A program made the position numbers and the translations under genes. DNA of 54,819 nucleotides from Bacillota bacterium (GTDB taxonomy: Bacteria; Bacillota; DSM-12270; Thermacetogeniales; Thermacetogeniaceae): NCBI GenBank assembly GCA_036742135.1, contig DAINRC010000001.1, positions 41,311 through 96,129 on the forward strand. The letters are read 5' to 3'. The first letter of the stretch is position 1. Each line of letters begins with the position of its first letter. Positions 1 through 8,836 of the stretch are shown piece after piece. The notes under the pieces are model-generated. The model worked only from the letters and a program-made list of their open reading frames with translations. It was not told where the DNA came from and ran no database searches.

Positions 1-1008
1 GGAGAGTTCGGTAGGGTCTTGCTTCCTTTTTCGCTTTCTCCCAAAATTTTTGTGATCACCAATGAAGTTGTCGGTCCCCTCTATGGTGAACAGGTGGTAT
101 CGTCCCTCAAAGGGGCTGGTTTCGAAGTCCTTTACAAGGAACTGCCGGATGGAGAAGAGCACAAGTCACTCGAGACTGTTGGTGAGTTGTATGACTACGC
201 TCTTGAGAATGGCCTTGAACGCCAGAGCGCAGTGGTTGCTCTTGGAGGTGGGGTCATCGGTGACCTTGCCGGTTTTTTTGCTGCGACCTACATGAGGGGC
301 GTTCCTTTCATTCAGGTTCCAACAACTCTCCTGGCTCAGGTTGACAGCTCTGTAGGGGGAAAAGTTGGTGTCAACCACCCGAAAGGGAAAAACATGATCG
401 GGTGCTTTTACCAACCCCGGCTTGTTTTTACTGATGTCGCCACATTGAGGACTCTTCCCCGGAGAGAACTGCGGGCTGGGCTGGCCGAAGTGATCAAGTA
501 CGGTGTGATCTGGGACGAAGGATTTTTCTGTTTTTTGGAGAAGAACTTGGAAGGGGTCTTTGATCTTGACCAGCAGGTGCTGACAAAAATCGTTCGAAAT
601 TCCTGTGCAATTAAAGCGGAAATTGTGGAAAAAGATGAAAGGGAGGCGGGGTTGCGGGCGATTCTCAACTTCGGGCATACTGTCGGTCACGCCATCGAGG
701 CGATCACAGAATATCGGGTCTACAGGCACGGGGAGGCCGTTGCTCTTGGTATGGTTGTTGCGGCTACGATTGCCGTGAGGAGAGGCCTGCTGGCGCCAGA
801 GCTTAAAAAGCGCCTGGTTTCCTTTTTGGAACGAGCCGGCTTGCCTACGGGAGTTCCCGCATTCGGTGAAGAACTCCTGGAGATCATGAAAAAGGACAAA
901 AAGGTGCAAAGAGGGAGGATCCGCTTCGTTCTTCCCCTTGCTCTGGGTCAGGTTGAGATCTTTTCTGACATCGAACCCGAGGAGATCATGGCTGCTCTGA
1001 GCAAGTAG
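1..1008 (+). CDS. aroB: 3-dehydroquinate synthase, 5-prime end cut by window edge
   Basis: Frame 1 is open from base 1. Motifs GGGVIGDLAGFFAATYMRGVPFIQVPTTLLAQVDSSVGGKVGVNHP and NFGHTVGHAIE are AroB signatures. Roughly 25-30 N-terminal residues are missing. Confidence 0.9.
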   Translation, partial: GEFGRVLLPFSLSPKIFVITNEVVGPLYGEQVVSSLKGAGFEVLYKELPDGEEHKSLETVGELYDYALENGLERQSAVVALGGGVIGDLAGFFAATYMRGVPFIQVPTTLLAQVDSSVGGKVGVNHPKGKNMIGCFYQPRLVFTDVATLRTLPRRELRAGLAEVIKYGVIWDEGFFCFLEKNLEGVFDLDQQVLTKIVRNSCAIKAEIVEKDEREAGLRAILNFGHTVGHAIEAITEYRVYRHGEAVALGMVVAATIAVRRGLLAPELKKRLVSFLERAGLPTGVPAFGEELLEIMKKDKKVQRGRIRFVLPLALGQVEIFSDIEPEEIMAALSK

Positions 1009-1133
1009 GAGCAGAAAAATTTCGCGCCCAGGTGTTTGCTGACACCCATTGTCTATGGAAACCGGAGGTGGTTCCTATTTTTTCTCAAAAAGGCGTTTTT
1101 GCCCACACTTCAGAGCCGATTCGCAGGGCAGAG

Positions 1134-1448
1134 ATGACGATCCGCCTATCTGAATTCGAAATTCCACCAGTGCAGGATCTGCTCTTGGTGGGAAAGAAGG
1201 CTCCCATTGGGCCTGAGGCTGTGAGGCAGATGGTGGATGCAGTATCACCGCAGCACTACGAGATTATTCGTCTCGACCACGAGATCTTCGAGGCCCTTGT
1301 GATTAAGAAGTCGTTGTTGAAGATTCTCCCAAAAGAGAAACTACTACCGATCGTCCTTGAAGAGTGTGAGCGTGTGGCGACTAAAGACTCAGTGTTAAAG
1401 GCTCAGGTAAGTATCGTGATCCATGTGAACAGGTCGGTGGATTTGTGA
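1134..1448 (+). CDS. hypothetical protein (about 104 aa), no recognisable family
   Basis: The ORF is open from GTG 1032; the first ATG is at 1134 (MTIRLSEFEIPP...). Its stop TGA 1446-1448 overlaps the GTGATG start of the next gene, which suggests translational coupling. Confidence 0.45.
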   Translation: MTIRLSEFEIPPVQDLLLVGKKAPIGPEAVRQMVDAVSPQHYEIIRLDHEIFEALVIKKSLLKILPKEKLLPIVLEECERVATKDSVLKAQVSIVIHVNRSVDL

Positions 1449-2308
1449 TGTTAAGCGTGGGCAAGATTATGACAAAAAAACTAATAACAGTTGCTCCTAG
1501 CGATAGTGTGGAACAAGCCGTTGTCCTGATGAACCGCTTCCGAGTAGGTGGCCTGCCTGTAGTTGAGAAGGGAAAGCTCGTTGGGATCATTACTTCAAAA
1601 GATGTCAGAAGTTCTCACCCTAACAGGATCGTTGGTGACGCTATGAGCAGGGATGTGGTTGTTGTCTCTCCAGATTGTTCGCTATGGGAAGCGAAAAGGC
1701 TTATGGAAGAGCATGCTATTGAGCGCTTGATTGTCGTTGATGGGGAAAAACTGGTTGGAATTGTTACAAAATCTCAACTTTTCAGTGAGCTTGCCAAACA
1801 CTTTGATCCCCTCACTGGCTTAGACAAGGCGGAATTTGTTCAGGAAAAGGCGGCAGAGATTTTAGGTGAGGGAAAGGAAATCGCAGTCATCTTCCTTGAT
1901 ATAGATAACTTTGGCATCATCAACAAAGAGTTTGGTCATGTGGTTGGGGATGAGATCCTCCAGCAGGTCGCCCGGATTTTAAAGGGCCTGATCACGGAAG
2001 AAACTGATTTTTTGTGTCGCTACGCAGGCGATGAGTTTGTGGTTTTAACTGTGAGACCACTGGAAGAAGCGGAGAAACTAGCGTGGCAGATGGTAGCTGC
2101 CCTTAGTGAAGCGAGTTGGCCGCATGGCGTTAGGGTGACTGTTTCCGCGGGAGTGGCGGGGGGCAGGAGGAGCTTTGCCCGGCCAGAAGAGAACCCCGGG
2201 CGTGTTTTTCGTTGTTTGCTTAACATGGCCAGCCTGGCTTCTACCAGGGCGAAGAAGGAGAAAAAAAAGGTGTTGGTGGCAGGTCAGCTTGAACTGGAAG
2301 ATCTTTAA
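1445..2308 (+). CDS. CBS-pair / GGDEF-domain diguanylate cyclase (AGDEF variant)
   Basis: N-terminal tandem CBS repeats (IMTKKLITVAPSDSVEQAVVLMNRFRVGGLPVV; AMSRDVVVVSPDCSLWEAKRLMEEHAIERLIVV). C-terminal GGDEF fold (DPLTGL, FLDIDNFGIINKEFGHVVGDEIL, RYAGDEFVVL). Confidence 0.85.
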   Translation: MMLSVGKIMTKKLITVAPSDSVEQAVVLMNRFRVGGLPVVEKGKLVGIITSKDVRSSHPNRIVGDAMSRDVVVVSPDCSLWEAKRLMEEHAIERLIVVDGEKLVGIVTKSQLFSELAKHFDPLTGLDKAEFVQEKAAEILGEGKEIAVIFLDIDNFGIINKEFGHVVGDEILQQVARILKGLITEETDFLCRYAGDEFVVLTVRPLEEAEKLAWQMVAALSEASWPHGVRVTVSAGVAGGRRSFARPEENPGRVFRCLLNMASLASTRAKKEKKKVLVAGQLELEDL

Positions 2309-2437
2309 TCCTCTAGCTATCAGATACTCAAAGCTGTTTACCTGTTTTCTTCTAATCTTCCAGTGTGCTCTTGCAGGAAAACTGGAGAAACCAGGCGAAA
2401 AAATCAAAAGCTATTTTTTCTTCTGAGAGGTAAGGTT

Positions 2438-4111
2438 ATGGCGGTGCCCAAGAGAAAGCTGCTCGGAGAAAGACTTGTTGAAAGGGGCCTAATTACTAGA
2501 GAACAATTAAATGAAGCTCTGCGGGTGCAATCAAAGACAGGTGAGCTTCTGGGCCGGGTTCTTGTCAAGCTGGGGATGATTTCGGAAGAAGAACTGAACA
2601 AGGTGCTTGAGATCGAGGAACTAGGCCCAAGAGAAGTAGCAGATCCCCAACTTCTGAAGATTGTTCCAGAGCAGGTGATCCGGAAATACAAATTATTCCC
2701 GATCAAGAAAGAAGGGAAACGCCTTTTCGTGGCAATGGTTGACCCCTTGAACGTTGTTGCCATTGATGACCTGAGACTGCTCACAGGGCTCGATATCGAA
2801 CCTTTGAAAGCAACTGAAAAAGAAGTCAACAATCTCATTGAGAAGTACTTTGGCATCCCCGAGGTGGAACAGGCAATCCAGGAACTGGGGGGAGAACCGG
2901 GGTTTCCTGAGGGTGAAGAAAGTGTAGAAGAGGTTATTGTCGACGAGGCGCCGGTTATCCGCCTGGTAAATTCTTTGATCATTAAAGCCATTGATGAAGA
3001 AGCCAGTGATATCCATATCGAGCCTTTGGAACGCGGCATCAGGGTGCGCTACCGGGTAGATGGAATGCTCAGGGAAGTGATGAATCTGCCCAGAAAAATG
3101 ATCTATGCCATTGTCTCCCGCATCAAAGTAATGGCCAACTTGGATATTGCCGAGCGCCGTCTTCCTCAGGACGGGCGGATACCCTGGAAGTTAGCAGACC
3201 GAGAGTTCGATCTCCGGGTTTCTACGATGCCTACCATCTTCGGCGAAAAGGTGGTTATCCGCATCCTCGACAAAGAAAGCATCAAAAATTTCACCTTGGA
3301 GAAGCTGGGCTTTTCAGAACACAACCTCAAGCAGTTCATCAACTTTCTGAGGAGCTCTTATGGAATGGTTCTGGTTACCGGTCCCACTGGTAGCGGTAAA
3401 ACCACCACTCTGTATACTGCTCTCAATGCCATTAACAGCATCGAGAAAAACATCATTACTGTTGAGGACCCGGTGGAGTATATTCTTGAAGGCATCAGCC
3501 AGACTCAGGTCAATGTCAAGGCGGGAGCAACATTCGCCACTTACCTGAGGTCATTCTTGCGCCAGGACCCTGACGTGATCATGATCGGAGAGATCCGGGA
3601 CCTGGAGACTGCCGAGATTGCTGTGCGTGCAGCCACTACCGGCCATTTGGTGCTCTCCACTCTCCACACCAATGATGCTCCAGGGACGGTCGCCAGGCTT
3701 GTTGACATGGGGATCGAGCCTTTCATGGTGGCATCTTCAGTTATCGGTGTCGTGTCTCAGCGCCTGGTGCGCAGGATTTGCCCCAAGTGCAAACACCCTT
3801 ATCAACCAGATGAGGCCGAGGCTGCTTTTGCGGGACTCGAAGAGGCGAAAGTAACGCTTTTTGCCGGAAGCGGTTGCGAGGAGTGCAATTACACCGGTTA
3901 CCGTGGCCGCCTTGCTATCCACGAAGTTCTCACGATGACCCCACCGCTGAGGCGCCTAATATTAAGGAAAGCGTCTGCAGAAGAGCTGAGAGAAGAGGCA
4001 CTCCGCGAAGGCATGGTTCCTCTTAAAGACGACGGTATTCAGAAAGCTCTCCAGGGGTTGACCACTATCAAGGAGATCATGCGTGTCGCTTTCAGGGAGG
4101 AGAAATCATGA
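2438..4111 (+). CDS. pilB: type IV pilus assembly ATPase PilB (GspE family) with MshEN-like N-terminus
   Basis: ATG 2438 is preceded by gagagg. Walker A GPTGSGKTTT, Asp/His boxes, tetracysteine CPKC...CEEC, and a T2SSE_N region. The ORF-track start at 2363 has no RBS. Confidence 0.92.
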   Translation: MAVPKRKLLGERLVERGLITREQLNEALRVQSKTGELLGRVLVKLGMISEEELNKVLEIEELGPREVADPQLLKIVPEQVIRKYKLFPIKKEGKRLFVAMVDPLNVVAIDDLRLLTGLDIEPLKATEKEVNNLIEKYFGIPEVEQAIQELGGEPGFPEGEESVEEVIVDEAPVIRLVNSLIIKAIDEEASDIHIEPLERGIRVRYRVDGMLREVMNLPRKMIYAIVSRIKVMANLDIAERRLPQDGRIPWKLADREFDLRVSTMPTIFGEKVVIRILDKESIKNFTLEKLGFSEHNLKQFINFLRSSYGMVLVTGPTGSGKTTTLYTALNAINSIEKNIITVEDPVEYILEGISQTQVNVKAGATFATYLRSFLRQDPDVIMIGEIRDLETAEIAVRAATTGHLVLSTLHTNDAPGTVARLVDMGIEPFMVASSVIGVVSQRLVRRICPKCKHPYQPDEAEAAFAGLEEAKVTLFAGSGCEECNYTGYRGRLAIHEVLTMTPPLRRLILRKASAEELREEALREGMVPLKDDGIQKALQGLTTIKEIMRVAFREEKS

Positions 4112-5220
4112 AAAATGGGAAGTTTGTCGACAGGATAATCGCTGCTGCTGCTAGGCTGAAGGCCTCAGACATCCACATTACTGTCGGCAGACCACCTGTC
4201 TACAGGATCAACGGTGTGCTTTACCCTCTGGATGATCCCGAACTGAAAGGAAAAATTGAGGAAATCAGTCCGGAGGAAATAAGAGACCTCTCCCCAGATG
4301 ATACTGATGCCATTGCTCATGAACTGATGAGCCAGTTGCAGTACGAAAAGTTCCAAGAGAAAGGAGAACTCGATTTTTCCTACTCCGTTCCTGGTGTAAC
4401 CAGGGTCAGGGTGAATGTTTTCAAGCAGCGGAACAGCACCGCGGTGGTCATGCGCCTGCTCAGCACCCGCATTCCTTCATTCAAGGAACTTGGGCTACCT
4501 GATGTCCTGGGCTACCTGGCAATGCGACCCCACGGCCTCGTTTTGATAACTGGTCCTACAGGAAGCGGGAAGTCGACCACCCTTGCGGCGATGATTGACT
4601 TCATCAACAGGGAAAAGAGGGTGCACATCATTACTCTTGAGGACCCGATCGAGTACTTGCACAAGCACAACCTTTCGATCGTCAATCAGAGAGAAATCGG
4701 TCAGGACAGCCAGTCCTTCGCTACCGCTCTGCGGGCGGCCCTCCGCGAAGATCCTGATGTGATTCTTGTGGGCGAGATGCGCGACTTAGAGACGATCTCT
4801 ATTGCCATTACAGCTGCGGAAACTGGCCACTTAGTCCTGGCAACGCTGCACACCTCAAGTGCTGCGGAAACGATCAATCGAATCATCGATGTTTTTCCTC
4901 CAGCTCAGCAAGAGCAGATTCGTGTCCAACTGGCGAACACCATCGAAGGGATTGTTTCTCAGCAGCTAATTCCTAGAATCGACAGACCGGGGCGGGTTGT
5001 TGCTCTTGAGATTCTGGTTGCCACCCCGGCGATCAGGAACCTGATCCGGGAAGGGAAGACCTACCAGATCCCTGCCCAACTGCAGACAGGGGCCAGGTAT
5101 GGGATGCAAACCCTCGATATGTCTTTAAGGACGCTCTACCAGAGAGGCTTGATCAGTAAGGAAGAGGCATTGAACAGGGCGAATGACCCCGAAAGCCTGC
5201 TCAGGTCGATTGGAGCCTAG
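4108..5220 (+). CDS. pilT: twitching-motility retraction ATPase PilT
   Basis: ATGA overlap with pilB. ASDIHI, GPTGSGKSTT, TLEDPIEY and GHLVLATLHT motifs. Size of 370 aa fits. Confidence 0.92.
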   Translation: MKNGKFVDRIIAAAARLKASDIHITVGRPPVYRINGVLYPLDDPELKGKIEEISPEEIRDLSPDDTDAIAHELMSQLQYEKFQEKGELDFSYSVPGVTRVRVNVFKQRNSTAVVMRLLSTRIPSFKELGLPDVLGYLAMRPHGLVLITGPTGSGKSTTLAAMIDFINREKRVHIITLEDPIEYLHKHNLSIVNQREIGQDSQSFATALRAALREDPDVILVGEMRDLETISIAITAAETGHLVLATLHTSSAAETINRIIDVFPPAQQEQIRVQLANTIEGIVSQQLIPRIDRPGRVVALEILVATPAIRNLIREGKTYQIPAQLQTGARYGMQTLDMSLRTLYQRGLISKEEALNRANDPESLLRSIGA

Positions 5221-5254
5221 ACACTGAGAGTGGGGAGGAAGGAGGAACAGTCGG

Positions 5255-6484
5255 ATGCCTCAACTCTACGCCTACAAAGCGAGGAACCTCTCAGGCAACC
5301 TTGTTTCTGGAAGGGTTGAGGCTGAAAACCAGGGAGCAGCAATCAGCCTCCTCAGAGAGAAGAACTTCTTTGTCGTCGAAATCAAACCAGTTCGCAGTTT
5401 GTCACTTGATTTCAGCAAATTGTTCGGGTTCAAGATCAAGGTCAAAGACCTGGCGGTGTTATGCCGCCAGTTTGCCACCATGAGTGAAGCTGGGATTCCC
5501 TTGCTCCAGTGCCTGAACATCCTTGCGCAGCAGACGGAAAACAAGCATTTGCGGAGAATCCTGCAGGAGGTTATTACTGATGTTGAAAAGGGAAAAAGCT
5601 TGAGTGAGGCGTTTCGCGCTCACCGCGAGCACTTTCCGGAGATCTTTTTGAACATGCTGGTTGCTGGGGAAATCAGCGGAACTCTAGACGTTGCCCTTGG
5701 CCGCCTTGCTGCTCACTTTGAGCGGGAAAACGAACTTCGGGAGAAGATCAAATCAGCGATGACCTACCCTCTGCTGGTGGCGGGAATGGCCTTTCTGGCG
5801 GTAATTGCTCTGCTCGTCTTAGTGGTCCCCATTTTCGTCGATATTTTCACCCAGATGGGGGCAACACTGCCCCTTCCTACGAGGATCTTGATCGCAGTCA
5901 GTAATCTTCTTTCAAAATTCTGGTATCTAATTGTCATCGGCCTATTCGCTTTGTTCTTCGGCTTGAAGAAGCTGGCGGAGACCGAGAAAGGGAAGAAATT
6001 TGTTGATAATCTGGCACTGCGTCTCCCTGTCTTCGGGCCACTGGTAAAGAAAACAGTTGTGGCCAGGTTTGCCCGCACCCTGGCGACTCTCCTGCGCAGC
6101 GGCGTCCCGTTGATCCAGTCCCTGGAGACAGTAGAAAATGTTGCCGGAAACACGATTGCTGCCCAGGAAATCGCTGCTGCCAGGGCAAACATCAGGGAAG
6201 GCGAGAGAATGGCCCCCATTTTTTTGCAGAGCAAGATCTTCCCACCAATGGCAGTTCACATGCTCGCAGTTGGGGAAGAATCCGGGGCAGTCGACGACCT
6301 GCTGGAAAGGGCAGCGATGTTTTACGAACAGGAAGTAGAAGCGACAATTGCCAGGCTTTCCAGCCTTGTGGAACCCTTCTTGATCGCCGGGGTTGGCCTG
6401 ATGGTGGCTTTTATCGCTCTTTCCATTTATCTGCCCCTTTTCAGCATGGCCGGGGCGCTGCAGGCTGGAGCCGGAGTCCCGTAA
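5255..6484 (+). CDS. pilC: type IV pilus platform protein PilC (GspF family)
   Basis: Strong RBS ggaggaaggagg. Two GspF repeats and three TM segments. Position directly after pilB and pilT. Confidence 0.92.
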   Translation: MPQLYAYKARNLSGNLVSGRVEAENQGAAISLLREKNFFVVEIKPVRSLSLDFSKLFGFKIKVKDLAVLCRQFATMSEAGIPLLQCLNILAQQTENKHLRRILQEVITDVEKGKSLSEAFRAHREHFPEIFLNMLVAGEISGTLDVALGRLAAHFERENELREKIKSAMTYPLLVAGMAFLAVIALLVLVVPIFVDIFTQMGATLPLPTRILIAVSNLLSKFWYLIVIGLFALFFGLKKLAETEKGKKFVDNLALRLPVFGPLVKKTVVARFARTLATLLRSGVPLIQSLETVENVAGNTIAAQEIAAARANIREGERMAPIFLQSKIFPPMAVHMLAVGEESGAVDDLLERAAMFYEQEVEATIARLSSLVEPFLIAGVGLMVAFIALSIYLPLFSMAGALQAGAGVP

Positions 6485-6511
6485 AAAGCTGATCGTTGAT
6501 TTTCTGTTGCG

Positions 6512-6520
6512 TGGTATAAT
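6512..6520 (+). promoter_or_regulatory. extended -10 promoter element TGgTATAAT upstream of the pilin gene
   Basis: tggtataat at 6512-6520. No good -35: TTGATT at 6496-6501 is only 13 nt away. It would give a purine-rich leader of about 110 nt. Confidence 0.4.
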
Positions 6521-6634
6521 GAAAAATTAGGAAAAATTTTAAGTTTTCCCAGGGGAGGAGGGGAGAAGGAGAAGAAGGTTTGGGGTGCCCAGTGATGGGA
6601 AGATTTGACAGTGGTTTCGAGAATTCCTGATGTG

Positions 6635-7066
6635 ATGAAGGGGGGAGGAGTGTTGCTGAACTTCAGGAGGTACCTGAATAACGAAAAGGGTTTTACGATG
6701 ATCGAGATGATGGTCGTCCTGATCATCATCGCCGTGCTCATCGGGGTTGGGATTAAGTTCTACTCCGGTTACATTGGCAAGGCTAAGGTCACGAAGGCTA
6801 AGGCAGAGATTACTACGATGCAGGCCGCGTTGGACAGCTACTATGCTGAAAATTACCAATATCCGAGTACTCCCGCAGATGCAGGTTTGAGTGCTGACCT
6901 TATCGGATCAGGCAAAAAATATGGATATAGTGTGGGTACCAATAACAAGAGCTATTCTTTGTACACTAATGAGAAGGTCGATGGGAGTAATTATGTCGTG
7001 GCGACAGGAATCGAGGGAAGGTCTAACCCACCGGTCCCGCAACCTACCACACCCACTGCGCCTTAA
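6635..7066 (+). CDS. pilA: type IV major pilin (prepilin); start codon uncertain (ATG 6635, or TTG 6653 / CTG 6656 after GGAGG)
   Basis: Prepilin signature KG|FTMIEMMVVLIIIAVLIGVGI, with cleavage after G and Glu at +5. Small protein that follows pilBTC. Confidence 0.85.
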   Translation: MKGGGVLLNFRRYLNNEKGFTMIEMMVVLIIIAVLIGVGIKFYSGYIGKAKVTKAKAEITTMQAALDSYYAENYQYPSTPADAGLSADLIGSGKKYGYSVGTNNKSYSLYTNEKVDGSNYVVATGIEGRSNPPVPQPTTPTAP

Positions 7067-7108
7067 TTAGCATCAACTGGCGGCATTTTTCTCTGGGATG
7101 GGAATGGA

Positions 7109-7139
7109 GGGGAAGGAATTACTTTTCCTTCCCTTTTTG
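7109..7139 (+). terminator. intrinsic terminator after the pilin gene
   Basis: Stem gggaaggaa 7110-7118 pairs with ttccttccc 7125-7133 and is followed by tttttg. Confidence 0.6.
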
Positions 7140-7227
7140 TCTTGAATCTATCGTTCTGAACAAAACGTAATTGCCGGCGGCTGGGAGCTTCAGGGAAAAA
7201 CCCTGGTGTGGCCAGACCTTTCCTGGG

Positions 7228-8523
7228 TCAGGGTTGAGGATCTGGAGAATGGGCTTTGCGATCTAGAGAAAGGGATATCCCGAGGATTATCCAGAAGAGG
7301 GGCATGATCATCACCACATCGATGTTGAAGAACCCCTGGATGAGGTAGACAAGGATCATCACGAAGAGAACAAAGCCTGTTTCGCTTTTCCATTTTCTCA
7401 GGAAAAAGCTCAGGAAGGTGAGGTAAGCAATCAGGGCAAAGATGCCCATGGTGACTGCAATTTCCAAGTAAATGTTGTGGGCTTTGTCGGCCACTGTGTT
7501 GTTGGGAAGCATCAATTTACCATAGATAAGGTGATCAGGGCCAATGCCGAAGGCCCAGAAAATGCGGATTAGCTTGAGGCAGTTCTTCCAGATGTACAAC
7601 CTGTAGGAACCTGCTTCATGCTCCAGGCGGACCCCACTGGTGAGTTCATCAGATAAGGAACAAATTCTCTTCAGGAGGTGCCAGTCCTGTACTGGCAGAA
7701 GGGCCATGGTGATCATCAGAAAAACTACCGTCAGTAGGAGGAAAAGTTTGCGCTCTTCCTGTCTTTTCCATATGTACATGGCCAATACGAGGAAGCCAAT
7801 GACACCGGCAAGCCAGGCACCGCGGCAGAGGCTCACTAGAAGCCCTGTGTAAACCACGCCAGCGCAGAAAAGCCAAGATGGTTTTTTTGAGCGTAGAAAA
7901 AGAGAGATTGCGGCAGGGAGGATGAATATTGTGTATGTGCCTAAAAAGTCCGGATTTCCTAGAGTTCCACTTCCTGTCTTTGGTTCTGAGTAGCCAATAC
8001 CAGGAGGAACAAGGTCGAGCCCAAGGTATTGGAGCAGGGCAAGAAAAGAGACAATCGTGGCGGTTATTGCAAGTGGACGGAGCAGTCTTTCTGGTTTCTC
8101 TGTTGTCTGGGCGAGGGTGAACAAGATGATGCAGAAGAAGTAGGTGCTTGCTCCGGTAAACCGGAAGGGGCTGCCGATCCAGGCAGTCATCGGGATCGGG
8201 GCCAGGAAAGAAGAGACCAGCAAAAAAATGATGAAAAACATCAGGGGGATAAAAGCCGGGTGGTTTACTTCTGCCCTGTCTTTGATAAGGATGATCAGGG
8301 CAATAATTGAAACAATCCCGAGGATGATGTAGCGAGGACCGCAAATATAGCTTGGTGGGGCTGTCCCTGCAGGAAAGACAATGTAAAATGGGTGAGGGAC
8401 AATCACCAGTGGATAAACAGCAACCATAAACCACAGAATTAAGTACCTGATGTTCAGTGTTTCTTTATTGATGAGCTTTTTCGGCAATGTTTTTGCTGCC
8501 TCTGCGATGCCCGTAAGGTTCAT
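7228..8523 (-). CDS. O-antigen ligase / Wzy_C family polytopic membrane protein
   Basis: About 11 hydrophobic segments and a large loop, followed by AHNIYLEIAVTMGIFAL, which is typical of the Wzy_C domain. RBS agaggagaa precedes ATG 8523. Confidence 0.75.
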   Translation of the reverse strand: MNLTGIAEAAKTLPKKLINKETLNIRYLILWFMVAVYPLVIVPHPFYIVFPAGTAPPSYICGPRYIILGIVSIIALIILIKDRAEVNHPAFIPLMFFIIFLLVSSFLAPIPMTAWIGSPFRFTGASTYFFCIILFTLAQTTEKPERLLRPLAITATIVSFLALLQYLGLDLVPPGIGYSEPKTGSGTLGNPDFLGTYTIFILPAAISLFLRSKKPSWLFCAGVVYTGLLVSLCRGAWLAGVIGFLVLAMYIWKRQEERKLFLLLTVVFLMITMALLPVQDWHLLKRICSLSDELTSGVRLEHEAGSYRLYIWKNCLKLIRIFWAFGIGPDHLIYGKLMLPNNTVADKAHNIYLEIAVTMGIFALIAYLTFLSFFLRKWKSETGFVLFVMILVYLIQGFFNIDVVMIMPLFWIILGISLSLDRKAHSPDPQP

Positions 8524-8740
8524 TCCCTAAGTTCTCCTCTTAAATTCTCGTCATTGGTGGCAGTTCCAAAAGGCTTCACATTCCATGTCGTCAATTTAAC
8601 TGCATCTCATCTCTTAGGAGAAAAGCCCAGCAACTGCCACGATTGAGCTGTTGACTCCTTATTCGCCGTTGGTTTTTGTTTTTCCTGCATAATACTTCCT
8701 GGGTCTGTGCGGGGAGTTGCAGGAAAAATTGCAGTTTTTG

Positions 8741-8768
8741 TTGAATATTCCAGCGAGAATGGTATATT
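8741..8768 (+). promoter_or_regulatory. sigma-A-type promoter for the minor-pilin/pilMNO operon
   Basis: TTGAAT 8741-8746, 16-nt spacer, TGgTATATT with the -10 at 8763-8768. Confidence 0.45.
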
Positions 8769-8836
8769 ATGGCTTCTTGTCGCCCGTTGGTGAGGAACTT
8801 GTGTTGAGAAATCAACGAAAGGGTAGATCGTGAGCG

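Noticed and set aside
166-909. 247-aa antisense ORF inside aroB. Similar long shadow ORFs lie at 2404-3039 (-), 5764-6234 (-), 7649-8434 (-), 11122-11586 (-), 21195-21740 (+), 36461-36878 (-), 38321-38773 (-), 40254-40844 (-) and 44201-44731 (-).
   Set aside because: Each lies opposite to, or out of frame with, a gene that has clear family motifs. They lack an RBS and have skewed low-complexity composition (Ser/Arg/Pro-rich). They are typical shadow ORFs.
6521-6634. Possible c-di-GMP riboswitch in the purine-rich pilin leader
   Set aside because: c-di-GMP riboswitches control pilin genes in some Clostridia. I could not find the conserved GEMM-I or class II core sequences or a convincing aptamer fold. 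The leader is mostly GA-rich and unstructured.
8591-8815. 74-aa minus-strand ORF in the divergent region upstream of the minor pilins
   Set aside because: It has no RBS, it spans the predicted plus-strand promoter, and its composition is not protein-like.
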